From Bacteroidia bacterium (lineage in GTDB: Bacteria > Bacteroidota > Bacteroidia > B-17B0 > Aurantibacillaceae): a stretch of DNA of 64,000 bases. Where the stretch lies: contig JBGATG010000007.1 in NCBI GenBank assembly GCA_044229315.1, positions 4,903 to 68,902 on the forward strand, given 5' to 3'. The notes beneath the pieces were generated by a model that had not been told where the DNA came from, did not search any database, and saw only the letters and a program-made list of their open reading frames with translations. The position numbers and the translations under genes were made by a program. This document shows positions 1-9,551 of this stretch, one piece after another (positions within the stretch are counted from its first letter, which is position 1; each line of letters starts with the position of its first letter).

Positions 1-980
1 ATCGTTAATGAGTGCTTGCCAGCATATATTATTTCTAAGCGACCCTTTAAGTCCCTTAGACCAGTGCCTGTGCCCTCCTTTATTGGTAATTGTTTCTTTT
101 CGTTTTCAATTTCAAATCTAATTGAATCGTTTCTACTCAAGTCAAATATAATATTAATGCTAGACTTTGCTTCGGGTTCAGTTCCGTGCTTAAAGGCATT
201 TTCAACCAAAGAAATAAAAATACCGGGCTCTACCAACTGGTTTTCATTATCGCCATATTGTTCGAAATTAACCTGTACTTCGTTATCAGCATATTTCAGT
301 TGATTTAATTCGATAAAACTTTTAATAAACTCTATTTCCTTGCTAATGGGAACCCTTTCATTCTTGGATTCTTCAATAACATATCGCAATAATTGCGATA
401 ACTTCTGTATGGTTAATGCCAGTTGTGGCGTTTGTTTTTGATCCACCATCGCCAATAAATTGTTTAAAGCATTAAACAAAAAGTGAGGTTGCAGCTGACT
501 TCTCAAAAGGGCCAATTCGGATTGCTTTTTCTCAAGAACAAGCATACTGTTAATCCTGTCATTTTGAATAACCATTCTAATCATAGCGTACATTAGAGTG
601 GCAATGTAGTAAAACAACGTGATCCCAAAACAAAGTACAACAGACACTTTACTTCTGCTTCCGATAGCGCTAAATATCATCCATTCCAGGCCAAAGGCTA
701 GTATAAATGAAATTAAGGTAAGAATAAAAAAACGAAACCTGTTTTGATCGAAAAGTGTTTTTCGCAAAAACAGAAAGCAAACCCAAAACAAAACTGCACA
801 AACGGCAATAATGATCATTAAAGCAGTTTGGACATCTTGATTTCGGGTAATTTTGACGCTTAATTTCCCATTTACTTCAACCTCATCAACGCCCGTTACC
901 GAAAAGCTTTGAACTATAAACCAACCAGTGACTAGCCAAAAGGCAGTCATTCCCAATATTTCAATTAGCCTTTTATTCAT
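1..980 (-). CDS. LytS/YehU-type membrane sensor histidine kinase, 3' end truncated by the window edge
   Basis: Missing from the ORF track because it has no stop in the window. Open from ATG at 980 (MNKRLIEILG...) to the edge. Hydrophobic N-terminal helices, then LLRSQLQPHFLFNALNN, LSQLLRY, LVENAFKHG and GTGTGLK motifs typical of His_kinase (PF06580)/HATPase. Confidence 0.88.
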   Translation of the reverse strand, partial: MNKRLIEILGMTAFWLVTGWFIVQSFSVTGVDEVEVNGKLSVKITRNQDVQTALMIIIAVCAVLFWVCFLFLRKTLFDQNRFRFFILTLISFILAFGLEWMIFSAIGSRSKVSVVLCFGITLFYYIATLMYAMIRMVIQNDRINSMLVLEKKQSELALLRSQLQPHFLFNALNNLLAMVDQKQTPQLALTIQKLSQLLRYVIEESKNERVPISKEIEFIKSFIELNQLKYADNEVQVNFEQYGDNENQLVEPGIFISLVENAFKHGTEPEAKSSINIIFDLSRNDSIRFEIENEKKQLPIKEGTGTGLRDLKGRLEIIYAGKHSLT

Positions 981-984
981 TACT

Positions 985-1051
985 CAAAGCTAGAATATTT
1001 ACATGTAATCTTCTCTTAAATTGGTATAAAACTGCTGAATTATGTTACAAA
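985..1051 (-). promoter_or_regulatory. Putative LytTR-type operator plus -7 box for the kinase gene
   Basis: Minus strand: TTTGTAACA (1051-1043), N12, TTTATACCA (1030-1022), then TAGCTTTG (992-985) matching the Bacteroidota TAnnTTTG element, 4 nt before the ATG. Confidence 0.7.
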
Positions 1052-1058
1052 ATGTGGA

Positions 1059-1123
1059 TTCATAACAAGAAACGGTGGGTTTGTAACATAAATCCTCTAA
1101 CAAGTCTGTTAAAGCTAATTTTG
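1059..1123 (+). promoter_or_regulatory. Putative LytTR-type operator plus -7 box for the first serine hydrolase
   Basis: TTCATAACA (1059-1067), N12, TTTGTAACA (1080-1088), then TAATTTTG (1116-1123). Confidence 0.7.
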
Positions 1124-1149
1124 ATTTACAAATAATTAAGATAGTAGAA

Positions 1150-2652
1150 ATGGTCAATCTAATAAAGTACATCATTTGCGATTTACAATATCAAATAAAA
1201 AAACTCATCTTAGGTATACTACTTTTATTTTCAGCTAATTTGGGACACTCTCAAGGTAAAGAAGCTCAAATTGATTCCATGTTGAGTTTATTTGTGGATC
1301 ACAAACACTTCAATGGTTCTATTCTTGTTGCAGAACATGGATCAGTTGTATATAAAAAAGGCTTTGGCTTCGCAAATATGGAATGGCAAATACCAAATAC
1401 AACGAATACCCGTTTTAAAATTGCTTCATTGGGCAAGCAGTTTACCGCGTTGATGATATTACAGCTTGTTCAGGAAGGAAAACTAGCACTTGAGGGTAAA
1501 ATATGTGATTACATACCGGAATACCCAAAAGAGAGCGGAAAAATAATCACCATTCACCAGTTGCTTACTCACACGTCAGGCATCCCAAACTATCATATTA
1601 TTCCAGATCAGGATGCAAATCAAAACCTTTCATATACACGTGAGGAATACATGGCCCTATTTAGTAGTAAGAAGCTAATGTTTAATCCAGGAACACACTA
1701 TTACTACTCCAACTTAGGGTATTATGTATTGGGATGCATATTGGAAAGGGTTAGTGGAAAATCATATATGCAATTAATAAAAGAAAAAATATTTGAACCT
1801 TCGGGGATGAATAACAGTTGTACCGAAGAAGAGAAATTGGTTATCCCAAATTTGGCTAGCGGTTACGAATTTATCTATTCCGGATATAAACCAGCCAGAC
1901 ATAGAAATTCTTCTCAAGTCTTCGGTGCAGGACATGTAATCACAACAGTGGAAGATTTTTTTAAGTATGACAAGGCATTACATAATAACATTTTACTATC
2001 TGATAAATACCAGAAACTAATAAATACACCTTTTATTAATAATTATGGCTACGGTTGGAATATTGAATATTATCCAAGGTCCAACATTGATTCAGTTACA
2101 TTAGCCAGTCACGATGGGGGCACATACGGATTTTCATCGGTAGCATATCGTTTTATTGAAGATAACAAGCTCATTGTGGCGCTCAGCAATACCTCTCCTT
2201 ATGACATGCACGGTATTGCAAGTTCAATCGGAAGAATCCTTTATGATCGAGAAAAAATATTCCCAAAGAAATCATACGTAGAAAGATTCGCCATTACCCT
2301 AAATGGCTTTGGTGTCGACTCGGCAATTAACCAGTATTATTATCTCAAAAAAAATGAGTCGGAACTATATGAATTGGACGGAGTGGAATTTAACCTTCTT
2401 GGCTATAATTATCTCAGGAACAAACAACTTAAGGAAGCCATGGCAGTCTTTAAAATTAATGTAGAAGCTTTTCCTAATGTTGGAGATCCCTACGACAGCT
2501 TAGCAGAAGCATATATGTTAATGAACGAAAAAGATTTAGCTATTTTGAACTATAATAAGGCCCTCAAACTTGATCCCAATAATTCTAACGCAAAAGTAAT
2601 GCTTAAGAAGCTTCAAGAGAAGGCACCGAAACCACCAACCAAGACCAATTGA
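1150..2652 (+). CDS. Serine hydrolase (AmpC/beta-lactamase-related family) with C-terminal TPR
   Basis: Signal-peptide-like N-terminus, SLGK (SxxK), LLTHTSG, YSN and HDGG motifs; C-terminal TPR (FPNVGDPYDSLAEAY...ALKLDPNN). Confidence 0.88.
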   Translation: MVNLIKYIICDLQYQIKKLILGILLLFSANLGHSQGKEAQIDSMLSLFVDHKHFNGSILVAEHGSVVYKKGFGFANMEWQIPNTTNTRFKIASLGKQFTALMILQLVQEGKLALEGKICDYIPEYPKESGKIITIHQLLTHTSGIPNYHIIPDQDANQNLSYTREEYMALFSSKKLMFNPGTHYYYSNLGYYVLGCILERVSGKSYMQLIKEKIFEPSGMNNSCTEEEKLVIPNLASGYEFIYSGYKPARHRNSSQVFGAGHVITTVEDFFKYDKALHNNILLSDKYQKLINTPFINNYGYGWNIEYYPRSNIDSVTLASHDGGTYGFSSVAYRFIEDNKLIVALSNTSPYDMHGIASSIGRILYDREKIFPKKSYVERFAITLNGFGVDSAINQYYYLKKNESELYELDGVEFNLLGYNYLRNKQLKEAMAVFKINVEAFPNVGDPYDSLAEAYMLMNEKDLAILNYNKALKLDPNNSNAKVMLKKLQEKAPKPPTKTN

Positions 2653-2717
2653 GGTTCAAATCTATCAAAAGTAGCGCCAAATAAATATATGCATTAAAGT
2701 CATATTAACAAGAAATT

Positions 2718-4162
2718 ATGAAGATCATTTTAGTTGCGCTCAATCTTTTATTAATTATTGCACATTCGTGTTCTCAGACATCTTCAGAGCAAAAGCAAGT
2801 ATTCTCTAAGGAAGAACTAAGACTAGACTTCAACATATTTCGTACGTCGTTAGAGGAGGGCCACCCTGCTTTGTACCATTACAAAACAAAGATAACGATG
2901 GATTCAATCTTCAACTCAAACATGGAGTCTATTAAAAGCGTAATGACTGATAGAGAATTTCTAATAATGCTAAGCAAGATTGTAAATCAGATCGGAGATG
3001 GACATTTGCGTGTTATTCTTCCCAAATTCCACAAGGATAAATTGGATATCGGCTCTACCGCTCTCCCGGTTTCACTGATTTACAGAAATAATAATTTATA
3101 TGTAGCTAGAAATCTATCACCTTACCCAGATAACGATTTGATAGGTGCACAAGTAGTTTCAATAAACGACAAAACTGTTTCTGAATTTCTTGTCAAATAT
3201 CTGGAGCTCTTTTCATCAGATGGCTCAAACGTTACTGCTAAATTTAAGCTCTATCGCGATTGCGAATAATTCCTAGATATTATAATATTCTTTATGGCTT
3301 TACGGAACAGTATAAGTTAACGTACATTCCATTTGGTGACGTTACCGCAAAGACCATTAATTTTAAAGGTATAACATACGATGAGTATTTTGAAGTGCTA
3401 TATAAGCGATATCCACCGCGCCCGGCATTGGAATTCATCCTGAAAAAGGATAGCAATTACGCTTATATGAAAATTAAGACCTTTGATAAAGATCAGTTAA
3501 AAGAAGAGAAGGCAAACTATGAGAAGTTTCTGCAAAATTCTTTCACTGCACTTCAAAAGAATAATATTGAAAATTTAGTACTTGATCTACGCGGAAATGG
3601 AGGTGGGACAGATGAATATGGCAAAATTCTCTTTTCCTATTTCACTGAGAAGCCATTTGAATATTACTCATCGATAACCATGAACAAAGAAAGTTTTGAT
3701 TTTTTCAAGTTCACAAGTAATCCCAACATTAAAGCACCAAACGGTATGTTAAAACCTAACACCCAAGGCACGTTTGATAATGTTAAACATCCAAATATTG
3801 GAAGGCAAAAACCTGGTGCACCTATTTTTAAAGGTAAAATTTACGTTCTTATCGACGGGGGTTGTTTTTCTACCACAAGTGAATTTTTATCTGTTCTTCA
3901 TTATAATACCCAGGCTATTTTCGTAGGCGAGGAAAGTGGCGGAGGATATTATGGCAATTGCTCTGGTCCAACGCCTGAGTTTGTTTTGCCTAATACGAAA
4001 GTCAGCGTGGCTATTCCTTTAATGAGATACAATATGGCAGTCGGCGGATACTTGCCGCATGACCGAGGAATAATACCAAACTACATAAAGGAATCCACAA
4101 TACTTGACATCATTGAAAATAACGATGTAGAGTTCAATTTTACAAAAAGTTTGATAAAATAA
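2718..4162 (+). pseudogene. S41-family peptidase (lipoprotein-like) split by a -1 frameshift near 3248-3268
   Basis: ORF 2718-3269 carries the S41 N-terminus (DFNIFRTSLEEGHPALY, GDGHL). ORF 3260-4162 carries LDLRGNGGG, GGCFST and VGEESGGG. They overlap by 10 bp in adjacent frames and join to about 480 aa. True pseudogene versus sequencing indel cannot be distinguished here. Confidence 0.75.
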
Positions 4163-4199
4163 ACTGAGCTAATCTATGATTCTTTTTAGATCCTGCCTG

Positions 4200-4265
4200 T
4201 TCATACCAATTCTATACGGTTTCATACCATTCTTCAGATCATCAGTTTTCTATATTTTAATTTTG
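4200..4265 (+). promoter_or_regulatory. Putative LytTR-type operator plus -7 box for the second transcription unit
   Basis: Perfect direct repeat TTCATACCA (4200-4208, 4221-4229) with a 12-bp spacer, then TAATTTTG (4258-4265) before the GTG at 4271. Confidence 0.72.
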
Positions 4266-4270
4266 CTTTA

Positions 4271-5395
4271 GTGAAATCTCAACTGGCATATTATATTATA
4301 CTACCAATGTACACTTTACTTTCCTGCCAGCAGGAAAGTAACAACAGTCATCAAGGGAAGTCGAATGAATCTGAGAATAAAATACTTGCATTTGTTGCTA
4401 GTCTTGATTCAACACTAAAGTCACATTATTTTAACGGAAGTGTACTCGTTCGAAAGGATGGCAAAACAATAATGAAGAGGAGTTATGGACTCTCAAATGT
4501 TGAGTTAAAAACACCTTTCACCGATTCCACATTTGCATGTATGGGTTCAATAACCAAGCACTTCACAACCATATTGGCCCTAAGATATCTGGATGAAGGA
4601 AAACTTAAATTAACAGACAGCTTAGGCAAGTATTTTCAAAATGTGCCTGATGACAAGAAAGGCATCACAATTCACCACTTGCTTTCTCATAGTTCCGGTT
4701 TGCCCGACTTTTTTGAGAATGATGGTGGAGATTACCTAAATATCGACAAACAAACCTTCCTTAAAAAATTACTCGGGGTAAGATTAAATTATGATCCGGG
4801 TGAAACAGCGGTCTACTCAAACATAGGTATGACGCTTATGGCCGCCATAATAGAAGAAGTATCCGGAGTTGAATTTGAGAGATGCATTACCAATGAACTT
4901 TTCAAGAACAACGGAATTGCGATCTCGTACAGCGATACCACATCGATGCAACAAATTGCTCAGGCATATAGAAACGGCAAACATTGGGGTACACTATTTG
5001 ATCAATACAAAATTAACTCGGGAGGACCGTTTTGGAATCTAATTGGAAATGGTGGCTTATATTGCTCAATTAACGAAATAGAGAAATGGTCAAACTTGAT
5101 TTGGCACAATAAAATTATTTCCCGAGAAACACTAAACTTGATGCATCAGCCAAAGGTAAGCGAACATGGCTCAAATAACGAATCATTCTTTGGTTATGGG
5201 TGTTTGATTGAACCAATTTCTTCGGGTGACACCATCATTAGCAATAATGGCAGTAATCAGGCTTATTACGCAACTTATAAGCGAATACCTACAAAGCAAA
5301 TAGAATTTTTCCTGATCACAAATCATTTCAGTAAGGGAATGATGGCAACTTATGAAGAACTGGCTTCAACTGCAGTAATGAGTTTAACAAAATGA
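4271..5395 (+). CDS. Serine hydrolase (beta-lactamase-related family), lipoprotein
   Basis: Lipobox-like LLSC, SITK (SxxK), LLSHSSG and YSN motifs. Confidence 0.87.
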   Translation: MKSQLAYYIILPMYTLLSCQQESNNSHQGKSNESENKILAFVASLDSTLKSHYFNGSVLVRKDGKTIMKRSYGLSNVELKTPFTDSTFACMGSITKHFTTILALRYLDEGKLKLTDSLGKYFQNVPDDKKGITIHHLLSHSSGLPDFFENDGGDYLNIDKQTFLKKLLGVRLNYDPGETAVYSNIGMTLMAAIIEEVSGVEFERCITNELFKNNGIAISYSDTTSMQQIAQAYRNGKHWGTLFDQYKINSGGPFWNLIGNGGLYCSINEIEKWSNLIWHNKIISRETLNLMHQPKVSEHGSNNESFFGYGCLIEPISSGDTIISNNGSNQAYYATYKRIPTKQIEFFLITNHFSKGMMATYEELASTAVMSLTK

Positions 5396-6810
5396 GATCT
5401 CATATCATTTTAATTTTGATACTAGTTGTTTTAAATCCGTTGAATTCCAGTGGTCAACTCGGCGATTCTATCAGCTCCAAAATTGACTCGTTACTTCATC
5501 AATTAGAAAAAGATGATGTCTTTTCGGGTAGTGTTCTTATTGGATATAATGGCTCCATCGTGTATTCAAAACATCTAGGGTATTCAACTAAAGAAAAACA
5601 CCTAAGGAATACTTCAAACACAAAATTTTACATCGGTTCGATTACAAAACTGTATACTAAAATTTTGATTTATCAACTCGTTGAAGAGAAAAAAATTAAG
5701 TTAAATGACAAGGTAGCTAAATACCTCAGCGGATTCAATAAAAACGTAGCTAATCATGTTACAGTGCAACACCTTCTAAATCATACCTCGGGCCTTGGTC
5801 AATACTACGATCATCCCGAATTTGAAAGCAGAAAAAAGAACATCTCATCAATAGATGACATTCTCTACTTTGTTAAAACGGAAGAGTTAATGTTTAAACC
5901 CGGTACTGAAGTAGAATATTCAAATTCGGGTTATGTTGTACTAGGTGCTATTATTGAAAAGGTGACCAATTTAACTTATGGAGAGGCTTTAAAGTCATAT
6001 ATCTTTCAAAAGATCGACGCTCGTAATTCATCGTATTCTATAATTAATACAGCAATGGATTCAACCGCCCAGGGTTACCTCACCAACCTATTAACAGGGG
6101 CTACAAATGCAGATCTTTTTCTCACCGGTGCTTCAGATGGTGGTATCATCACCACCGCTTACGACTTATTCAAACTCGACTCCGCCATCTTCCAAAGTGA
6201 TATTGTTCTAAATGAGAAAAGTAGGCTTCAGATTTTTAACCAGCGGGGAAACAATGAGCTAATTGCAACTTCTAAAAATGTGAAATTTGCAATTGCCGGA
6301 GGCGATCCAGGTTTAAGCACAATATACTCACGCAATATAGTGAAAGGATATACAATCATTGTGTTAAGCAACTATGATGAACCCGTTTCCGCTGAGGTTC
6401 TAAGGTCAGTCGTTAATATACTAAACGGAAATGCCCCTTCCAAGGTCATAGGTTCCATTGCTCGCCATTTAAGGAAATACATGAACGAACACGGAGGTGC
6501 AAGTTTTAAAACCTATTTGGATCAGAATATAGATGATCAACTCGTTGCGTTAAGGCAAAATGATATGCCTTTACTCTACTTAGGGAAATACCTAATCGAA
6601 AATGAAAGGCTATTTGATGCGCAATGTTTGTACGAAATATACACGAAGCACTTTCCAAAAATTGTTATTGCTTGGGAAGAACTGGCTTTGGTGTATACGC
6701 AACTCAACAAAACAAGTGATGCTAACTTCATTTATTTAAAACTTCAGGAACGTTTTCCTGAAAACGAAGAATACCGTCAAAATATAATAAAACCAAAAAC
6801 CAAAAATTAA
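5392..6810 (+). CDS. Serine hydrolase (beta-lactamase-related family) with C-terminal TPR-like region
   Basis: ATGA overlap with the previous gene, signal peptide, SITK, LLNHTSG, YSN; helical TPR-like tail. Confidence 0.87.
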   Translation: MRSHIILILILVVLNPLNSSGQLGDSISSKIDSLLHQLEKDDVFSGSVLIGYNGSIVYSKHLGYSTKEKHLRNTSNTKFYIGSITKLYTKILIYQLVEEKKIKLNDKVAKYLSGFNKNVANHVTVQHLLNHTSGLGQYYDHPEFESRKKNISSIDDILYFVKTEELMFKPGTEVEYSNSGYVVLGAIIEKVTNLTYGEALKSYIFQKIDARNSSYSIINTAMDSTAQGYLTNLLTGATNADLFLTGASDGGIITTAYDLFKLDSAIFQSDIVLNEKSRLQIFNQRGNNELIATSKNVKFAIAGGDPGLSTIYSRNIVKGYTIIVLSNYDEPVSAEVLRSVVNILNGNAPSKVIGSIARHLRKYMNEHGGASFKTYLDQNIDDQLVALRQNDMPLLYLGKYLIENERLFDAQCLYEIYTKHFPKIVIAWEELALVYTQLNKTSDANFIYLKLQERFPENEEYRQNIIKPKTKN

Positions 6811-6834
6811 ACCAAAAATTAAACCAAAAATTAT
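6792..6834 (+). repeat. 12-bp tandem repeat ACCAAAAATTAA x3 plus a partial copy
   Basis: Copies at 6799-6810, 6811-6822 and 6823-6834 (the last ends AT, the start of the next ATG); partial ACCAAAA at 6792-6798. Confidence 0.85.
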
Positions 6835-7264
6835 GAAAACAAAATTCATTAAAAGTCTTATTCTAGCACTGCTAGTTTTCAATTCGAACTCAATTTTTAG
6901 TCAAACTAAGTTCGTTACTCAAGAGGCGAATTTCATTTATGACTATGTTAAGTCAAAAGGTTCGGCCACTTTTGATAAAGAATTTGAGAAAACCTTTAAA
7001 GAAAAAGGCTTTGTTATTGATGATGACATGATATTCATTAACGTAGCAGAGGCTTTAAAAGAGGAGAAACTTGCTAATGAAGCAATTTCGGTATTTAAGG
7101 TTGGCACTAAGCATTTCCCTAAGATTATCATGTTGTGGAACGGCCTTGGCGAAGCTTATCTCATAAATCAAAATAAAAAGGACGCTAAGATATGCTTTGA
7201 AAAAGTACTTAAACTTAAACCGGGTAACCCCCGTGCACAAGAAGGGTTGAAAAAATGCGAGTAA
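6833..7264 (+). CDS. Exported tetratricopeptide-repeat protein
   Basis: Signal peptide followed by TPR (LWNGLGEAY...FEKVLKLKPGNPRA). Confidence 0.8.
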   Translation: MKTKFIKSLILALLVFNSNSIFSQTKFVTQEANFIYDYVKSKGSATFDKEFEKTFKEKGFVIDDDMIFINVAEALKEEKLANEAISVFKVGTKHFPKIIMLWNGLGEAYLINQNKKDAKICFEKVLKLKPGNPRAQEGLKKCE

Positions 7265-7326
7265 GCGTTCGATTATTTATTACGGCGATTATTTTTAGTT
7301 CTAAAGTAATTCACAGAGTAGTAAGA

Positions 7327-9498
7327 ATGAGTTTGTCGCTTGGACTTTGTTTGATATATTTATTAGCCTCCTGCAATTCTAATTCAAACGACAAAGATTC
7401 ACTATGCAGTAGCGGCAATCCTGGTGATCTTATGTTAAATTCAACTACACCTTCTGGATTAGTTTTTGAAACATTTTATCTGAAGCTCAGTACTGGCATA
7501 TTATGCACTTTGCTTTTTAGTTCAATAACATTAGTTCTCAAAGAAAATGCTTGGAAAAAGTTGCTTGCATTACCAATTTACGGGGCTTCAATGTTCGCTA
7601 ATTTATTCGTAAACAATACGCCAATTAACTCCTTCGGCAATATAGGCAAGTTTCATTATGAACTACCAAAAACTGAATGGAGGAAGGATTTAGAATATTT
7701 AAAAGTAGAGTTGCCTAAGCATCATCCTAATCTTTTTATGTATATGGAGAAGGATGAATTTTTGAGTGCAATTCAGCACCTGGAGGAAAGATTAAGCTTA
7801 CTTGATGATCAGCAAATAACTTTTGAAATATGTCGAATTGTATCTATGATCAAAGATGGCCACACGCAAATTGTATCAATACCGTTTGGAACTCCTCCTT
7901 TTGTCAACAGTCAATTATATCCGTTACGAGTATACTTCTTTGCAGATGGATTGTATGTGATAGATGGTGGACGAGATCATAAGGACTTGGTAGGGAAGAG
8001 AATCGATAAAATTGACAAAACACCAATCAAAGAGGTTGTAGAACGAATTAGTCAGTATGCACCTGGCGAAAACTCTTTCTACAAGATGCAATGGTCTTTC
8101 CCATACCTACTCAATGCCTCTTTGCTAGAGCATTTAAAAATTGCTAACAGTGTTAACGAGATTCAACTTACTTTAAGCGACGTATCAGGAGTTCAAGTAT
8201 CAAAAACTTTAAAGCCTTTTCATTCCACTCTTTATCTTAAATGGTATGAAGAAACAAAGGACTTGGATGATTTGTCAAGAAAAGGCAAACTAGAGAAAAA
8301 CTATTGGTATAAATATAATGAAGCAACCAACGATCTATACTTTCAGATCAATCAGGTTAAAGATCAACCTGGCGAAAAATCTATAAAGGAATTCGCATCG
8401 GAACTTACACAAATTATTAAAGAACGCGAAATTAATAAGCTAATTATCGATGCAAGAAATTGTAATGGTGGAGACAATACTTTAGTACACTACTTAATTG
8501 ATGCTATATCCGCCTCTGAAAAAGTAAATAAGTATGGTAAATTGTTTACCCTAATTGGAAGAAATACATTTTCAGGCGGCGTCTCATTTGTTTCCGCAAT
8601 TGAAAGAAATACTCCAGTGATCTTTGTTGGAGAACCTTCAGGAAGCGGGCCAAATCAATGTGGAGATGTTCAAACATTTACATTGCCGCATTCTCAACTT
8701 CGTTTAAAAGTATCTTCCAAATTTCATCAGCAGAGCCACTATAAAGACAATAGATTACAAATCACTCCCCATATCCGGGTAAATTACGACTACAATTCTT
8801 GGAAGAATAACATTGATCCTGCTATACTGACTGTCCTGTCATTCACCGACCAAATTCAAAAGCGTGACACTTTAAAGCTACCTTTTTACAAACCATATCT
8901 TGGTACATATAACTTTGATACGGAAAAGATCTTAAAAATTAGCAGTAGTAATTCTAGATTAGTATTTACAATTAGCGATTATCAAGTTTTCTCAAACGGT
9001 GATCTCTTCAGTTTAGGAACTGATTCTTTTATTGGTAACAACGGAAGTGTTAAGTTGAGATTCACTAATTGCAAAGATAGTTTCTTTCAGAGTATAATTA
9101 TCAATTATGGTAATGCGGTTGACACACTTCATAGACTACCAACTGACTTCCAATTACCATATCAATTATTGGCGCTGGCGAGGTTAAATGAAGTTTCTAA
9201 GATTTATCGCAAAGCAATTTCATATGGTATTACATTGCCTGCTTCAACTGAAGAACTAATAAATTATTACGCGTACAAATTTATGGTGGATAAAAATATC
9301 GATAGAGCTATGCTTCTATTCAGACTTAATACTGAACTCTTTCCTTTCTCGGCAAATGCTTGGGACAGGCTAGCCGAAGCCTGTCTAACAAACGGCCTTA
9401 AGGAGGAAGCAAAACTAAATTACCAGAAGGCATTGAGCATTGATCCGGATTATGGTAAAGCTATGCATGCGAAGTCAATAATTGAAAAAATAAAATAG
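7327..9498 (+). CDS. S41-family peptidase with N-terminal hydrophobic segments and C-terminal TPR
   Basis: WRKDLEYLKVELPKHHPNLF, IKDGHT, IIDARNCNGGD, GRNTFSG and VGEPSGS motifs; TPR tail. Start moved from 7255 to the ATG at 7327 (LLASC lipobox-like); start uncertain. Confidence 0.82.
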   Translation: MSLSLGLCLIYLLASCNSNSNDKDSLCSSGNPGDLMLNSTTPSGLVFETFYLKLSTGILCTLLFSSITLVLKENAWKKLLALPIYGASMFANLFVNNTPINSFGNIGKFHYELPKTEWRKDLEYLKVELPKHHPNLFMYMEKDEFLSAIQHLEERLSLLDDQQITFEICRIVSMIKDGHTQIVSIPFGTPPFVNSQLYPLRVYFFADGLYVIDGGRDHKDLVGKRIDKIDKTPIKEVVERISQYAPGENSFYKMQWSFPYLLNASLLEHLKIANSVNEIQLTLSDVSGVQVSKTLKPFHSTLYLKWYEETKDLDDLSRKGKLEKNYWYKYNEATNDLYFQINQVKDQPGEKSIKEFASELTQIIKEREINKLIIDARNCNGGDNTLVHYLIDAISASEKVNKYGKLFTLIGRNTFSGGVSFVSAIERNTPVIFVGEPSGSGPNQCGDVQTFTLPHSQLRLKVSSKFHQQSHYKDNRLQITPHIRVNYDYNSWKNNIDPAILTVLSFTDQIQKRDTLKLPFYKPYLGTYNFDTEKILKISSSNSRLVFTISDYQVFSNGDLFSLGTDSFIGNNGSVKLRFTNCKDSFFQSIIINYGNAVDTLHRLPTDFQLPYQLLALARLNEVSKIYRKAISYGITLPASTEELINYYAYKFMVDKNIDRAMLLFRLNTELFPFSANAWDRLAEACLTNGLKEEAKLNYQKALSIDPDYGKAMHAKSIIEKIK

Positions 9499-9551
9499 TT
9501 CGATAATTAAATTAGAGATCTGAATCCATAATACTTTAAAAGAAATAAACT

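Noticed and set aside
16-303. 95-aa plus-strand ORF
   Set aside because: It is antisense to the histidine kinase, which the ORF track missed because of edge truncation.
1150-6810. Bona fide class C beta-lactamase resistance genes
   Set aside because: SxxK and YxN motifs are shared by the whole serine-hydrolase family, the KTG triad is not canonical, and TPR fusions are not typical of AmpC. Activity cannot be inferred.
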